From Flavobacteriaceae bacterium (GTDB lineage: Bacteria > Bacteroidota > Bacteroidia > Flavobacteriales > Flavobacteriaceae): a stretch of DNA of 32,000 nt. Within the stretch, counting starts at the first letter, position 1. Every line of letters begins with the position of its first letter. The position numbers and the translations under genes are program-made. Shown here in pieces: positions 8,886-17,979 of the stretch. The notes beneath the pieces are model-generated. The model did no database searches and was not told the origin of the DNA. It was given only the letters and a program-made list of their open reading frames with translations. The stretch lies in NCBI GenBank assembly GCA_035654775.1, contig DASRWB010000009.1, positions 6,422 through 38,421 of the forward strand. Reading direction: 5' to 3'.

Positions 8886-8970
8886 GGAATTTAAATATCA
8901 ATATTTCAAACCTAATTCACTAAAATTTAACCTTATAAACGATTATTTTTGTCTTTAGTATATTTTGAAA

Positions 8971-10008
8971 ATGATAAATAGTAAAACTTTAACAAATTGG
9001 TATTCAATTTATAAACGCCATCTTCCCTGGCGAGAAACGAAAAATCCATACTATATCTGGCTGTCTGAAATTATTTTACAGCAAACGCGTGTGGCGCAGG
9101 GAATGCCTTATTATCTTAAGTTTATTGAAAAATTTCCTACTATACAACACTTAGCCAAAGCTGAAGAGCAAGAGGTTTTAAAGCTTTGGCAAGGATTAGG
9201 GTATTATTCAAGAGCCCGAAATTTACATACTGCAGCCCAATATGTTGCCTGCGAGCTGGACGGTATTTTTCCTGACACCTATCATGAAATTTTAAAGCTT
9301 AAAGGAGTTGGTGATTATACGGCCAGTGCCATTGCTTCCATTTGTTTTAATGCACCTACGCCGGTTTTAGACGGAAACGTATTTAGGGTAATAGCCAGAT
9401 ATTACGGAATAGAAACTCCGATACATACCGGCAAAGCACAAAGTGAATTTAAACAAATTCTACATGAAATAATTGACCCTGAAAATCCGGCCGATTTTAA
9501 TCAGGCCATTATGGAGTTTGGCGCTATACAATGCAAACCAAAATCTCCAAACTGTACATCATGTCCTTTTCAAACCCAATGCTATGCCTATAGGACAAAC
9601 AAGGTAGATCAATTTCCGGTGAAACTAAAACCCAAAAAAGAGAAAAAGAGATATTTTAACTACCTGGTATTTCTTTCAGCCGATGGAAAAACGATACTAG
9701 AAAAAAGAACCCAAAAGGATATATGGAAAAACCTGTATCAGTTTCCATTAATTGAAAGTGAGCGCGAGCAAAAGAAGGATTCTATCAGTAAAGAAATTAA
9801 AGAAAAATACGATGTGTATACCTCGCTTTTCGATTTGCAACTGTATAATGACAAAGAAAAAGTTCATAAACTGTCGCATCAGCATATTTACACGAAGTTT
9901 TGGATTGTTTATGTAGACGAATTAAAACGCGGAATTTCTCTCAAACAAATTAAGCAATATCCTTTTCCGGTCTTAATCAGTAATTTTCTAAACACGTTTA
10001 ATTATTAA
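8971..10008 (+). CDS. mutY: A/G-specific adenine DNA glycosylase
   Basis: LPWRETKNPYYIWLSEIILQQTRV, the HhH region LKGVGDYTASAI and the 4Fe-4S Cys cluster CKPKSPNCTSCPFQTQC are all present. The track starts at TTG 8965; I prefer the ATG two codons later at 8971. Confidence 0.9.
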   Translation: MINSKTLTNWYSIYKRHLPWRETKNPYYIWLSEIILQQTRVAQGMPYYLKFIEKFPTIQHLAKAEEQEVLKLWQGLGYYSRARNLHTAAQYVACELDGIFPDTYHEILKLKGVGDYTASAIASICFNAPTPVLDGNVFRVIARYYGIETPIHTGKAQSEFKQILHEIIDPENPADFNQAIMEFGAIQCKPKSPNCTSCPFQTQCYAYRTNKVDQFPVKLKPKKEKKRYFNYLVFLSADGKTILEKRTQKDIWKNLYQFPLIESEREQKKDSISKEIKEKYDVYTSLFDLQLYNDKEKVHKLSHQHIYTKFWIVYVDELKRGISLKQIKQYPFPVLISNFLNTFNY

Positions 10009-10068
10009 CAAGCCATGCATGAAATCATAATTTTTTAGTAATTTTAAGAAAAATGAACAGCAAAAAAC

Positions 10069-10076
10069 TAATTTTG
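10069..10076 (+). promoter_or_regulatory. -7 promoter box (TAATTTTG) upstream of ssb
   Basis: Exact TAnnTTTG match 27 nt upstream of the ssb ATG. I saw no clear -33 TTG. Confidence 0.4.
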
Positions 10077-10102
10077 CATACTAAATAAAAGAATAGATAA
10101 AC

Positions 10103-10543
10103 ATGTCAGGTACATTAAATAAGGTTATGCTCATAGGGCATTTAGGCGATGAAGTAAAAATGCATTATTTTGAAGGCGGTGGCTGTATAGGCAGATTTCC
10201 GCTGGCTACGAATGAAACCTACACAAACAAACAAACCAACGAACGCATTACCAATACCGAATGGCACAATATAGTAGTGCGAAACAAAGCTGCAGAAATT
10301 TGTGAAAAATACTTAAGCAAAGGCGATAGAATTTATGTAGAAGGACGCATAAAAACCAGAAAATGGCAAGATGAATCGGGAAATGAAAGGTATTCTACCG
10401 AAATTCAATGCACAGATTTTACCTTCCTTACCACAAAAAAGGAAAGTGAAACACCGGTAAAGTCGTCTGAGGAAAACAAACCGGATTCAAGCACAGTCAA
10501 TGAATCCTCTGTTGAAGGTGATAATGACGACTTACCGTTTTAA
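10103..10543 (+). CDS. ssb: Single-stranded DNA-binding protein
   Basis: 146 aa. There is an OB-fold N-terminus (LNKVMLIGHLGDEVKMHYFEGG...TEWHNIVV), a low-complexity linker and an acidic C-terminal tip ...GDNDDLPF. Confidence 0.95.
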   Translation: MSGTLNKVMLIGHLGDEVKMHYFEGGGCIGRFPLATNETYTNKQTNERITNTEWHNIVVRNKAAEICEKYLSKGDRIYVEGRIKTRKWQDESGNERYSTEIQCTDFTFLTTKKESETPVKSSEENKPDSSTVNESSVEGDNDDLPF

Positions 10544-10564
10544 CTATAACTAACGCTAAAACTA

Positions 10565-11872
10565 TTGGACCCAGAACCCTCGAGTTTACTTACAATGTTT
10601 TTTGTAGTTGATTTTTCAGTTGCACCGGGATTTGTGTTGCTGTTTTTATTGTTGCTGTGTTCAGCCTTAATTTCAGGAGCAGAAGTTGCCTTATTCTCTT
10701 TAACCCGAACCGACATAGACGAAAACATAGCCCAGCGACCCAAACCCTTACAGATAATTTCAGCCTTACTGGAAAGACCCAAAAAACTCTTGGCAACACT
10801 ATTAATTGCCAATAACTTTATAAACATAGCCATTGTAATATTATTTGCCTATTTAGGAGATGTTATCTTCAAGAATATCTCTTCGCCACTATTACAGTTT
10901 TTCACAGAAGTAATTGCAGTAACCTTTCTAATTTTACTTTTTGGAGAGATATTACCAAAAATTTATGCCGGCAGAAACAACGTAAAGTTTGCTGTGTTTA
11001 TGGCTTACCCGCTAAAATTGTTAGATGTAATCTTTTCTCCCTTAAGTTTACCCATGCGAAACTTAACGTTGAGAATTCACAAAAAACTGGGGAATCAAAA
11101 AACAAATTTTAGTGTAGATCAGCTTTCTCAAGCACTTGAGCTTACCAGTGAAGAAGACACGACCAAAGAAGAGCAAAAAATTCTTAAGGGCATCGTTTCC
11201 TTTGGAAATACAGATGCCAAACAGGTAATGAAACCCAGAATAGACATTTTTGCCCTTAATACAGAACAAAAATTCAGTGAGATTATTCCGGAAATAATAG
11301 AAAACGGCTACTCCAGAATACCTGTTTATGAAGACAATATAGACCAAATAAAAGGCATACTTTACGTAAAAGATTTAATTCCCTACCTAGGTAGAAAACA
11401 GTTTAATTGGACTACATTACTCAGAAAACCTTTTTTTGTAACCGAAAACAAAAAACTGGATGATTTGATGGTGGAATTTAAAGACAAAAAAGTGCATCTA
11501 GCTTTAGTTGTAGACGAGTATGGAGGAATTTCCGGGTTAATTTCCCTAGAAGATATTATAGAAGAAATTGTAGGCGACATCAGCGACGAGTTTGACGATG
11601 AAGATTTAATTTACTCTAAACTTGACGATAAAAACTTTGTATTTGAAGGGAAAACGCCACTTAAAGATTTTTACAAAATAATTGAAATAGAAGACAACAC
11701 CCTTTTTGAAGTAAACAAAGGAGAAGCCGAAACACTGGCAGGGTTTGTTTTGGAAATTGCTAAAAGTTTTCCGCGGGTGAACAGTAAAATAAATTTTGAA
11801 AATTTCGTTTTTACTATAGAAGCATTAGATAAAAGACGAATTCAACGTATAAAAGTAACCCTAAACTCCTAA
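10565..11872 (+). CDS. gldE: Gliding-motility-associated CNNM/CorC-HlyC family membrane protein GldE
   Basis: 435 aa. It has an N-terminal multi-TM DUF21-type region, a CBS pair and a CorC_HlyC C-terminus. It sits immediately upstream of a GldD-like lipoprotein, the known gldE-gldD arrangement. The tracked start is TTG 10565; an ATG at 10595 is an alternative. Confidence 0.8.
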   Translation: MDPEPSSLLTMFFVVDFSVAPGFVLLFLLLLCSALISGAEVALFSLTRTDIDENIAQRPKPLQIISALLERPKKLLATLLIANNFINIAIVILFAYLGDVIFKNISSPLLQFFTEVIAVTFLILLFGEILPKIYAGRNNVKFAVFMAYPLKLLDVIFSPLSLPMRNLTLRIHKKLGNQKTNFSVDQLSQALELTSEEDTTKEEQKILKGIVSFGNTDAKQVMKPRIDIFALNTEQKFSEIIPEIIENGYSRIPVYEDNIDQIKGILYVKDLIPYLGRKQFNWTTLLRKPFFVTENKKLDDLMVEFKDKKVHLALVVDEYGGISGLISLEDIIEEIVGDISDEFDDEDLIYSKLDDKNFVFEGKTPLKDFYKIIEIEDNTLFEVNKGEAETLAGFVLEIAKSFPRVNSKINFENFVFTIEALDKRRIQRIKVTLNS

Positions 11873-11873
11873 A

Positions 11874-12452
11874 ATGAGAATACTGTTTTTGCTGGCAAGC
11901 ATTATCTGTGTTGTATCCTGTGGCGATGCTCCTATTCCTAAACCGCCGGCATACCTCAGGCTGGAGTATCCTGAAGCCACTTACCAAAAAACAACAATAG
12001 CTCTTCCTTTTGCTTTTGAAAAAAATACACTGGCTACAAACATTACTACAAAACCCTTGCAAGCAGACACCGAAAGCTATGGAATTACCGTGGAATATCC
12101 TTCGCTAAAGGGAACTATTTATCTGACTTATAAAAAGGTAAATAATAGTAAAGAAAACTTGATGACTTTTTTAAAAGACGCTCAAAACTTCACGCAAAAA
12201 CACACCATGAAGGCCGATGAGATCACCGAGCAGCTTTATATGAATGATACACAAAAAGTTTACGGTATGTTTTATGAAGTAGGTGGAAATGCAGCGTCTC
12301 AATCACAGTTTTATGCAACCGATAGTATAAATCATTTTATTACGGGTTCGCTTTACTTTTATGCCAAACCCAATTTTGATTCTATCTTACCGGCAGCGCA
12401 CTACCTTAAAAACGATATTAAACACCTTATGGAAACCCTGGTATGGAAATAA
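11874..12452 (+). CDS. gldD: Gliding motility lipoprotein GldD
   Basis: 192 aa. The signal peptide has a lipobox (LLASIICVVSC|GD). The gene starts 1 nt after gldE. Size and context fit GldD. Confidence 0.75.
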   Translation: MRILFLLASIICVVSCGDAPIPKPPAYLRLEYPEATYQKTTIALPFAFEKNTLATNITTKPLQADTESYGITVEYPSLKGTIYLTYKKVNNSKENLMTFLKDAQNFTQKHTMKADEITEQLYMNDTQKVYGMFYEVGGNAASQSQFYATDSINHFITGSLYFYAKPNFDSILPAAHYLKNDIKHLMETLVWK

Positions 12453-12486
12453 AAAAACGCTTCAATAAAAAATTGAAGCGTTTTTA
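12453..12486. terminator. Bidirectional intrinsic terminator between gldD and the convergent HMA gene
   Basis: Stem cgcttcaat (12458-12466) pairs with attgaagcg (12472-12480). An A-run lies upstream and a T-run downstream, so it could terminate both strands. Confidence 0.8.
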
Positions 12487-12512
12487 TAAAAATACCGGTT
12501 AGGTTTTAATAA

Positions 12513-13013
12513 TTATGCCTTTGAAGCACAGCAAGCTTTTTTGCAATCTTTTGCGCAAGCCATTTTCTTTTCGGCTTCGGTTTTACTGGCACAACAAGCT
12601 TTTTTGCAATCCGGGCTACATGTTTTTTCTGTTGAAAAAGATTCCACAGTCTTCATGTCTTTAACCGTATAGCTTTCGCCAACTTTGGTAACCGTTTCTT
12701 CAAGACTGGAAGTAGAAACTTTTGCTTCGTTGTAAACAACCATGGCTAATTTTTTATCAAAATCTACAGTAGCAGACTGCACGCCATCCATTCCTGCAAT
12801 TTTCTTTTCAATTGTTTTGGCACAACCCATAGCACAAGTCATTCCTTCGATGGTAAATTCGGCTTTGGCATATGTAGCATTAGGGTCAAGCTGAGCTATT
12901 TCTTCGGTAGCGCTTGTCTCAACTACTTTAACCTCGGGGGTTTGTTCGTTTTTACAACTCACTAGAGTTACAAAACTTAACGTAAACAGGGCAAAATATT
13001 GTAATGATTTCAT
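12513..13013 (-). CDS. Heavy-metal-associated (HMA) domain lipoprotein with a Cys-rich C-terminal tail
   Basis: 166 aa. There is a lipobox (TLVSC|KNE) and an HMA motif (EFTIEGMTCAMGCAKTIEKKIAGMDGVQS). The tail carries a duplicated DCKKACCASK motif. Confidence 0.8.
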   Translation of the reverse strand: MKSLQYFALFTLSFVTLVSCKNEQTPEVKVVETSATEEIAQLDPNATYAKAEFTIEGMTCAMGCAKTIEKKIAGMDGVQSATVDFDKKLAMVVYNEAKVSTSSLEETVTKVGESYTVKDMKTVESFSTEKTCSPDCKKACCASKTEAEKKMACAKDCKKACCASKA

Positions 13014-13034
13014 ATAAATGATATTTATTTAGCA

Positions 13035-13042
13035 CAAAATTA
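13035..13042 (-). promoter_or_regulatory. -7 promoter box (TAATTTTG) for the HMA lipoprotein gene
   Basis: The plus strand reads caaaatta, which is TAATTTTG on the minus strand. It lies ~22 nt upstream of the start codon at 13013. Confidence 0.4.
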
Positions 13043-13185
13043 CAAATTAAAGCACACACTTTTTAGTTAATTACTAAAAGTTTTAAAACAGTGTTTGAGT
13101 TTTTTAGAAGTTGAAAAAACGGGTGTAAATTATTAAATGAACAATTTTTTTCCGAAATTTAGAGGAATATTAATTCTGCATTGTC

Positions 13186-13629
13186 ATGAAAAAGATAATT
13201 TTACCTGTACGTTACGGAATAGCCATAAGCGGTTGCCTGATTGCCTATTTTTTACTTTTGGCACTTTTTGACCTTCATACCAAACCAGCATTTAGCTTAT
13301 TCAATGCCCTAATAACGGGTTTTGGGATTTATGAAGCTATAAAGCACTACAAGCATGAACAAGGTAAAAACTTTAATTACACCAGTGGGTTTTCTACAGG
13401 TATCATAGCCGGTTTTGTGGCTACCCTTATTTTCACCATCTTTTTCTTGGCATACGCCACTGAAATTAACAAATCTTTTTTGGACCAATTGCTGGAAGTT
13501 TTTAAAGGGGATTATAATGTACATGTAGGTTTGGTGAGTTTTGTAGTAGCTATAATGGGTTTTGCCACAACCGTAATTTTAACCTTTACCTTTATGCAGC
13601 TGTTTAAAAACAGTAAAAATATACACTGA
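13186..13629 (+). CDS. Small 4-TM membrane protein (DUF4199-like)
   Basis: 147 aa with four hydrophobic segments. The pattern resembles Bacteroidetes DUF4199 proteins. The family assignment is from memory only. Confidence 0.5.
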   Translation: MKKIILPVRYGIAISGCLIAYFLLLALFDLHTKPAFSLFNALITGFGIYEAIKHYKHEQGKNFNYTSGFSTGIIAGFVATLIFTIFFLAYATEINKSFLDQLLEVFKGDYNVHVGLVSFVVAIMGFATTVILTFTFMQLFKNSKNIH

Positions 13630-13643
13630 AATTCATAAAACGT

Positions 13644-13673
13644 TTGTAGTTTACGTAAATAGCAGTATATTTG
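13644..13673 (+). promoter_or_regulatory. Bacteroidetes sigma-A type promoter (TTG-N19-TATATTTG) for rplU-rpmA
   Basis: TTG at 13644-13646, a 19-nt spacer, then TATATTTG at 13666-13673. The rplU ATG is 42 nt downstream. Confidence 0.65.
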
Positions 13674-13714
13674 CACTCATTTTTCACAATATTAATAAAC
13701 TTAAACGTTACGCT

Positions 13715-14245
13715 ATGTACGCAATTGTAGAGATAGCAGGGCAACAATTTAAAGTTGAAAAAGACCAAAAAGTGTTTGTTCACCGTTTACCGGAAGACGA
13801 AGGAAAGCAAGTAGCTTTTGACAACGTACTTCTTATAGGCGACGGAGACAAAATAACTTTAGGCGCCCCGGCTATAGACGGAGCTCAAGTAGGAGCCAAA
13901 GTCTTAAAACACCTTAAAGGTGATAAAGTTATTGTTTTCAAAAAGAAAAGACGTAAAGGATACCGTGTAAAAAACGGTCATCGTCAAGCACTTTCAGAAA
14001 TTTTAATAGAAAGCATCGTAGCTTCCGGTGCAAAATCTACAGCCAAAGCTGAAAAAGCTGCTCCAAAGAAAGCTGCTCCAAAGAAAGCTGAACCTAAAGC
14101 GGAAGCTAAGCCGGCTAAAAAAGAAGAAACCACTCAAGATTTAAGTAATTTAACTGTTGCTGAATTAAGAGAGATGGCAAAAGCAAAAGAAATTTCAGGA
14201 TATTCTTCAATGAAGAAAGCCGAATTAATCGCTGCTTTAAGTTAA
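13715..14245 (+). CDS. rplU: 50S ribosomal protein L21 with a long C-terminal extension
   Basis: The N-terminal ~100 aa are canonical bL21 (MYAIVEIAGQQFKVEKDQKVFVHRL...KKKRRKGYRVKNGHRQ). A Lys/Ala/Pro-rich stretch and a helical LTVAELREMAKAKEISGYSSMKKAELIAAL segment follow. The gene is followed by rpmA. Confidence 0.9.
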   Translation: MYAIVEIAGQQFKVEKDQKVFVHRLPEDEGKQVAFDNVLLIGDGDKITLGAPAIDGAQVGAKVLKHLKGDKVIVFKKKRRKGYRVKNGHRQALSEILIESIVASGAKSTAKAEKAAPKKAAPKKAEPKAEAKPAKKEETTQDLSNLTVAELREMAKAKEISGYSSMKKAELIAALS

Positions 14246-14270
14246 TTTTAAAATCTAAAATCGAAATAAA

Positions 14271-14531
14271 ATGGCACATAAAAAAGGAGTCGGAAGTTCG
14301 AAAAACGGTAGAGAATCAGAATCAAAACGCCTAGGGGTTAAGATTTTTGGTGGTCAAGCTGCTGTTGCAGGAAATATTATCGTTAGACAAAGAGGAAATA
14401 CACATCACCCCGGTGAAAATGTATATCAAGGTAAAGATCATACTTTGCATGCTAAAGTAGACGGCATTGTGAAGTTTACAAAGAAAAAAGACAACAAATC
14501 GTTTGTGTCTGTTGAGCCGTTTGAGGCTTAG
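14271..14531 (+). CDS. rpmA: 50S ribosomal protein L27
   Basis: [29 protein letters not shown]...[15 protein letters not shown] is the canonical bL27 sequence pattern. Confidence 0.95.
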   Translation: MAHKKGVGSSKNGRESESKRLGVKIFGGQAAVAGNIIVRQRGNTHHPGENVYQGKDHTLHAKVDGIVKFTKKKDNKSFVSVEPFEA

Positions 14532-14553
14532 TTTTTCTTTTTATAAGAATATG

Positions 14554-14589
14554 AAAAAACCCTTTCTAAATCGTAGAAAGGGTTTTTTT
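14554..14589. terminator. Bidirectional intrinsic terminator between rpmA and the convergent ahcY
   Basis: Stem ccctttcta (14560-14568) pairs with tagaaaggg (14574-14582). It is flanked by a 6-A run upstream and a 7-T run downstream. Confidence 0.85.
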
Positions 14590-14608
14590 GTGAAACAAAT
14601 ATATTAAA

Positions 14609-15925
14609 TTAATACCTATAATATTCAGGTTTGTATGGGCCTTGTACTTCAACTCCTATATAATCTGCCTGATCTTTTCTCAATTCAGTAAGCTCAACGC
14701 CTATTTTTTCGAGGTGTAATTTTGCCACTTTTTCATCGAGATGTTTTGGCAGCATGTATACTTTGTTTTCGTACTTGTCATTATTGTTCCAAAGCTCTAT
14801 TTGGGCTAGCGTTTGATTTGTAAATGAATTGCTCATTACAAAACTTGGATGACCAGTAGCACAACCTAAGTTTACCAAACGACCTTCGGCTAAAATAATT
14901 ACATCTTTTCCTTTTAGGGTATATTTGTCTACCTGAGGTTTTATTTCAACTTTGGTATGTCCGTAGTTTTTGTTTAACCAAGCCATATCTATTTCGTTAT
15001 CAAAGTGACCGATGTTACAAACAATAGCTTTATCCTTTAGAACTTCAAAATGGCTACCCTGAACAATATCTTTATTTCCGGTAGTTGTAATTACAATATC
15101 GGCATTTCCGGCTACAGTTTCTAAACGCTTTACTTCGTAACCGTCCATGGCAGCCTGCAAGGCACATATAGGGTCAATCTCGGTAACGGTAACAATAGCG
15201 CCTGCGCCTCTAAAGGATGCAGCCGTACCTTTGCCAACGTCGCCATAACCGCAAACCACTACGCGTTTTCCGGCTATCATTATGTCGGTGGCACGTTTTA
15301 TGGCATCTACCGCACTTTCACGACACCCGTACTTGTTGTCAAATTTACTTTTGGTAACACTATCGTTAACATTTATGGCCGGCATTGGCAGGGTTCCGTT
15401 TTTCATGCGCTCATAGAGTCGATGTACGCCTGTTGTGGTTTCTTCAGAGAGACCTTTGATGCCCGAAATCAATTCCGGATATTTATCAAAAACCATGTTG
15501 GTTAAATCTCCACCATCATCAAGAATCATATTTAACGGTTTTCTGTCTTCACCAAAGAATAAGGTTTGTTCAATACACCAGTCAAATTCTTCTTCGGTCA
15601 TTCCTTTCCAGGCATAAACCGGAATTCCGGCGGCAGCCATTGCAGCTGCAGCCTGATCCTGAGTAGAGAAAATGTTGCAGGAACTCCAGGTCACTTCGGC
15701 ACCTAAGGCTTTTAGGGTTTCAATTAAAACAGCGGTTTGAATGGTCATGTGTAAACAACCGGCAATTCGCGCTCCTTTTAAAGGTTGAGAATCTTTGTAT
15801 TCTTCGCGTAAACTCATTAAGCCCGGCATTTCGGCTTCGGCTAATTCAATTTCTTTTCTTCCCCATTCGGCAAGCGATAAATCTTTTACTTTATAAGGAA
15901 CGTACGGAATTGTTTTTGTATTCAT
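14609..15925 (-). CDS. ahcY: Adenosylhomocysteinase (S-adenosyl-L-homocysteine hydrolase)
   Basis: 438 aa. Motifs include [44 protein letters not shown], the NAD-binding [10 protein letters not shown], and GHFDNEID. Confidence 0.95.
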   Translation of the reverse strand: MNTKTIPYVPYKVKDLSLAEWGRKEIELAEAEMPGLMSLREEYKDSQPLKGARIAGCLHMTIQTAVLIETLKALGAEVTWSSCNIFSTQDQAAAAMAAAGIPVYAWKGMTEEEFDWCIEQTLFFGEDRKPLNMILDDGGDLTNMVFDKYPELISGIKGLSEETTTGVHRLYERMKNGTLPMPAINVNDSVTKSKFDNKYGCRESAVDAIKRATDIMIAGKRVVVCGYGDVGKGTAASFRGAGAIVTVTEIDPICALQAAMDGYEVKRLETVAGNADIVITTTGNKDIVQGSHFEVLKDKAIVCNIGHFDNEIDMAWLNKNYGHTKVEIKPQVDKYTLKGKDVIILAEGRLVNLGCATGHPSFVMSNSFTNQTLAQIELWNNNDKYENKVYMLPKHLDEKVAKLHLEKIGVELTELRKDQADYIGVEVQGPYKPEYYRY

Positions 15926-15938
15926 AGTTGTATATTTG
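15910..15938 (+). promoter_or_regulatory. Candidate promoter (TTG-N18-TATATTTG) for the 15994-20466 gene string
   Basis: TTG at 15910-15912 and TATATTTG at 15931-15938. The TTG overlaps the 5' end of the divergent ahcY. The -7 box is 56 nt upstream of the first ATG at 15994. Confidence 0.5.
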
Positions 15939-15962
15939 TAAGTCTGAATAAATTATAGAACA

Positions 15963-15970
15963 CAAAGATA
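15963..15970 (-). promoter_or_regulatory. -7 promoter box (TATCTTTG) for ahcY
   Basis: The plus strand reads caaagata, which is TATCTTTG on the minus strand. It lies 38 nt upstream of the ahcY start. Confidence 0.4.
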
Positions 15971-15993
15971 ATTAATAACTTTTAGAATATTAA

Positions 15994-16623
15994 ATGCCTC
16001 TTTATAAAACCCTTACTGCCAATTCACAAACTACTGTTAAAATTTGGAAAATTACCGAGTCTTATAACGAGCTGATAAGCCCTTTAACACTAAAAAACGA
16101 AAATTTACAGCGTGTTCAAGGCATGAAAAGCGAAATTCATCAGCGAGGGTTTTTAAGTGTCAGGCATTTGCTGCTTGAATTTGGGTATACCGACCACGAT
16201 TTGTTTTATGATGAAACCGGAAAACCTCATTTGAAAGATGGAAAACACATTTCAATAACCCATTCTTTTCAGTTTTCGGCTATAGCTGTTAGTGATCATG
16301 AAGTTGGAATAGACATTGAAAAACAGCGAAAAAAAATACAAATTATAGCCTCAAAATTCACTGACTATGAAATGAACTTTCTAAAGGCAAACGATAAAGA
16401 ATACATTCGGAAACTAACCGTAATATGGTGCGCCAAGGAATCGCTTTACAAGCTTTTTGCCACGCCGGGATTGAGCTTTAAAAAACATTGTTTGGTGTTG
16501 CCTTTTACCTTTAACGACAGCGATACTTTTTCCTGGATTGACTATCAAACTAACAAAAAAAGATATCACGTTCAGTTTATAGAATTTGAAGGATTTACAT
16601 GTGCTTTTGCTATACCGGGATGA
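15994..16623 (+). CDS. 4'-phosphopantetheinyl transferase (Sfp-type superfamily)
   Basis: 209 aa. The motifs ISITHSFQFSAIAVSDHEVGIDIEK and WCAKESLYKL match the PPTase G.D.E and W.AKE.K signatures. Confidence 0.8.
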   Translation: MPLYKTLTANSQTTVKIWKITESYNELISPLTLKNENLQRVQGMKSEIHQRGFLSVRHLLLEFGYTDHDLFYDETGKPHLKDGKHISITHSFQFSAIAVSDHEVGIDIEKQRKKIQIIASKFTDYEMNFLKANDKEYIRKLTVIWCAKESLYKLFATPGLSFKKHCLVLPFTFNDSDTFSWIDYQTNKKRYHVQFIEFEGFTCAFAIPG

Positions 16624-17348
16624 AAGCAATTTACAAAGACATAGTGAATAAAGTGGCTAAGGGCGAAAAACTTTTGGCGGTATTGCTAGACCCTGATAAA
16701 ACACCAGTAACTCGTATTCCCGCTTTTATCGAAAAGGTTAACCAGTCCATTGCTCAATATATTTTTGTTGGTGGCAGTGTTGTGGCAAAACACATAACGG
16801 AAAAAATAGTAATTGAAATACAGAAACACACCCATAAACCGGTTGTGCTCTTTCCGGGCGATGTAACACAAATAACACCAAAGGCCGATGCTTTACTCTT
16901 TCTCTCACTATTGTCGGGAGACAACCCCGAATATTTAATAAAACAGCATGTGAAAGCCATACCGCAACTTATTAAAAGTCCTCTGGAAGTAATTCCTACC
17001 GGTTATATTTTAATTGAAAGCGGCAAAGAAACTTCGGTGCAAAAAGTCACCCAAACCCAACCTATACCAAGAATTAATATCGAAGAAACCATTCATACAG
17101 CAAAAGCAGGCGAGTTTTTAGGAATGAAATTGATTTATCTTGAAGCCGGAAGTGGAGCTGTGCAAACGGTTTCAGAACGTACCATTTCGGAAGTAAAACA
17201 GAGGCTCAACATTCCACTTATAGTAGGTGGCGGAATTAGAAATAAAAAGCAACTGGAAAAAATTTATGCAGCCGGAGCAGATATTGTGGTTATTGGTACC
17301 GCTTTTGAGGAAGACTTTAGTTTTTTTGATAAACTTAAAGTGAAGTAA
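16620..17348 (+). CDS. Geranylgeranylglyceryl / heptaprenylglyceryl phosphate synthase family protein (PcrB/GGGPS)
   Basis: The sequence shows TIM-barrel GGGPS family features: LLDPDK, IFVGGS, LIYLEAGSGA, PLIVGGGIR and GADIVVIGTAFE. I prefer the ATG at 16620, which overlaps the upstream TGA as ATGA, over the tracked 16599 start. Confidence 0.8.
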   Translation: MKAIYKDIVNKVAKGEKLLAVLLDPDKTPVTRIPAFIEKVNQSIAQYIFVGGSVVAKHITEKIVIEIQKHTHKPVVLFPGDVTQITPKADALLFLSLLSGDNPEYLIKQHVKAIPQLIKSPLEVIPTGYILIESGKETSVQKVTQTQPIPRINIEETIHTAKAGEFLGMKLIYLEAGSGAVQTVSERTISEVKQRLNIPLIVGGGIRNKKQLEKIYAAGADIVVIGTAFEEDFSFFDKLKVK

Positions 17349-17349
17349 A

Positions 17350-17979
17350 ATGGAGGATATTGTAGATTTTTTTATTGCTCCATATAGATTAGCTACAGGA
17401 TTTGAAATTTTTCTTGAACTTACCGCAGTACTGTTTGGAATAGCCAGCGTATGGTATGCCAAAAAGGAAGATATTAAAGTATTTCCTACAGGAATAATCA
17501 GTACGGCGCTGTATGTATATATTTGCTACAGGTATACGTTGTACGGCGATGTAATAATTAATACGTATTATACATTCATGAGCATATATGGATGGTATAT
17601 GTGGGCAAGAGTAGTTCAAGAAAACCATCTAGAAATATCACGTAGTACAGTAAAGGATGCATTAAAAGCAGCAGGAATTTTTTTAAGTACTGCGTTATTT
17701 GTGATAGTGGTGTATTTGTATTTTGACCGGTTTAATACCCTTACCGATTATTTTGATACGTTTACTACAGGAATATTTTTTGCCGCCATGTGGCTTATGG
17801 CAAACAAAAAAATAGAGCATTGGCTATTGTGGATAGCCGGAAATCTGATATCTATTCCTTTATATTTTAGTAAAGGTCTTGGATTTACCGGAATTCAATT
17901 TGTAATTTTTTTAATTTTGGCTTACTTAGGATATAAACAATGGAAAGTTTACTTAGACAGGAACAAGCAAATTGCATAA
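17350..17979 (+). CDS. pnuC: Nicotinamide riboside transporter PnuC
   Basis: 209 aa and multi-TM. Typical PnuC features are present (ASVWYAKKEDIKVFPTGIIS, YGWYMW, WLLWIAGNLISIPLYF). The gene starts 1 nt after the previous stop. Confidence 0.85.
   Translation: MEDIVDFFIAPYRLATGFEIFLELTAVLFGIASVWYAKKEDIKVFPTGIISTALYVYICYRYTLYGDVIINTYYTFMSIYGWYMWARVVQENHLEISRSTVKDALKAAGIFLSTALFVIVVYLYFDRFNTLTDYFDTFTTGIFFAAMWLMANKKIEHWLLWIAGNLISIPLYFSKGLGFTGIQFVIFLILAYLGYKQWKVYLDRNKQIA

Noticed and set aside
15926-15993. Possible SAH riboswitch upstream of ahcY
   Set aside because: The leader is only ~40-68 nt, AT-rich and without the GC-rich pseudoknot core of SAH riboswitches. No candidate structure is seen.
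16599-16619. Tracked start of the GGGPS-family ORF at 16599 (MCFCYTG...)
   Set aside because: It would overlap the PPTase gene by 25 nt. The ATG at 16620 forms a classic ATGA stop-start overlap and gives MKAIYKDIV..., which looks like a more plausible N-terminus.
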